DNA of 63,417 nucleotides, filler included, from Chiloscyllium plagiosum (lineage: Eukaryota): the NCBI RefSeq assembly GCF_004010195.1. It is 4 parts of one record of this genome, joined end to end, with 100 filler letters (N's around TTAATTAATTAA, not from the genome) between each part and the next. Parts side by side here need not be neighbours in the genome. Positions count along the whole stretch, not along the records: positions 54,590 to 63,417 come from NC_057710.1; 3 more parts are not named here. The stretch is one strand, 5' to 3'. The number at the start of each line of letters is the position of its first letter. Position 1 is the first letter of the stretch. The position numbers and the translations under genes are program-made. The notes below the pieces were generated by a model. That model was not told the DNA's origin, made no database searches, and was given only the letters and a program-made list of their open reading frames with translations. Below, piece by piece: positions 63,175-63,417 of the stretch.

Positions 63175-63417
63175 ATTAACTTGATTGAGTTTTCTGAAGA
63201 TGTAACAAAGAGGATTGAGGAGGACAAGCAGTGGACGTCATCTATATGGACTTCAATAAGGCGTGCAACAAGACTCCTCATGGTAGACTGATTAGCAAGG
63301 TTACATCATATGGAATACAGGGAGAACTAGCCATTTGGATACAGAACTGGTTCGAAGGTAGAAGACAGAGAGTGATAATGGAGGGTTGCTTTTCAGACTG
63401 GAGGCCTGTGACCAGTG
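63175..63417 (+). mobile_element. CR1 RT fragment running off the window
   Basis: [24 protein letters not shown] and [12 protein letters not shown]. Confidence 0.88.

Overview
Eukaryotic genomic DNA, most likely from a shark or other elasmobranch (inferred from HE1/V-SINE-type SINEs and the dense CR1 and Penelope content). The only host coding sequence I can support is one 222-bp minus-strand exon (18562-18783) of a BMP-type R-SMAD (SMAD1/5-like, start of the MH2 domain), so the window appears to be intron on both sides of it. The rest is mostly nested mobile elements: many CR1 LINE pieces, an L2/CR1-group LINE family with a tRNA-like head plus short derivatives, HE1/V-SINEs, L1/Tx1, RTE and Rex1-like fragments, two solo LTRs, a Tc1/mariner-pogo MITE end and several Penelope-like elements (PLEs). 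The most interesting signal is a set of at least three, probably four, PLE-terminus families carrying minimal hammerhead ribozyme motifs (CTGANGA-N-stem II-GAAA-palindromic mini helix III). Many occur as 100-230-bp stand-alone insertions, often fold-back hairpins, with 9-17-bp target-site duplications (TSDs). Hammerheads in PLEs are known in general; their diversity and stand-alone spread here are worth follow-up. Three 100-bp gaps contain an artificial TTAATTAATTAA linker. Family assignments come from motif recognition by eye with no database search, and element boundaries are approximate.
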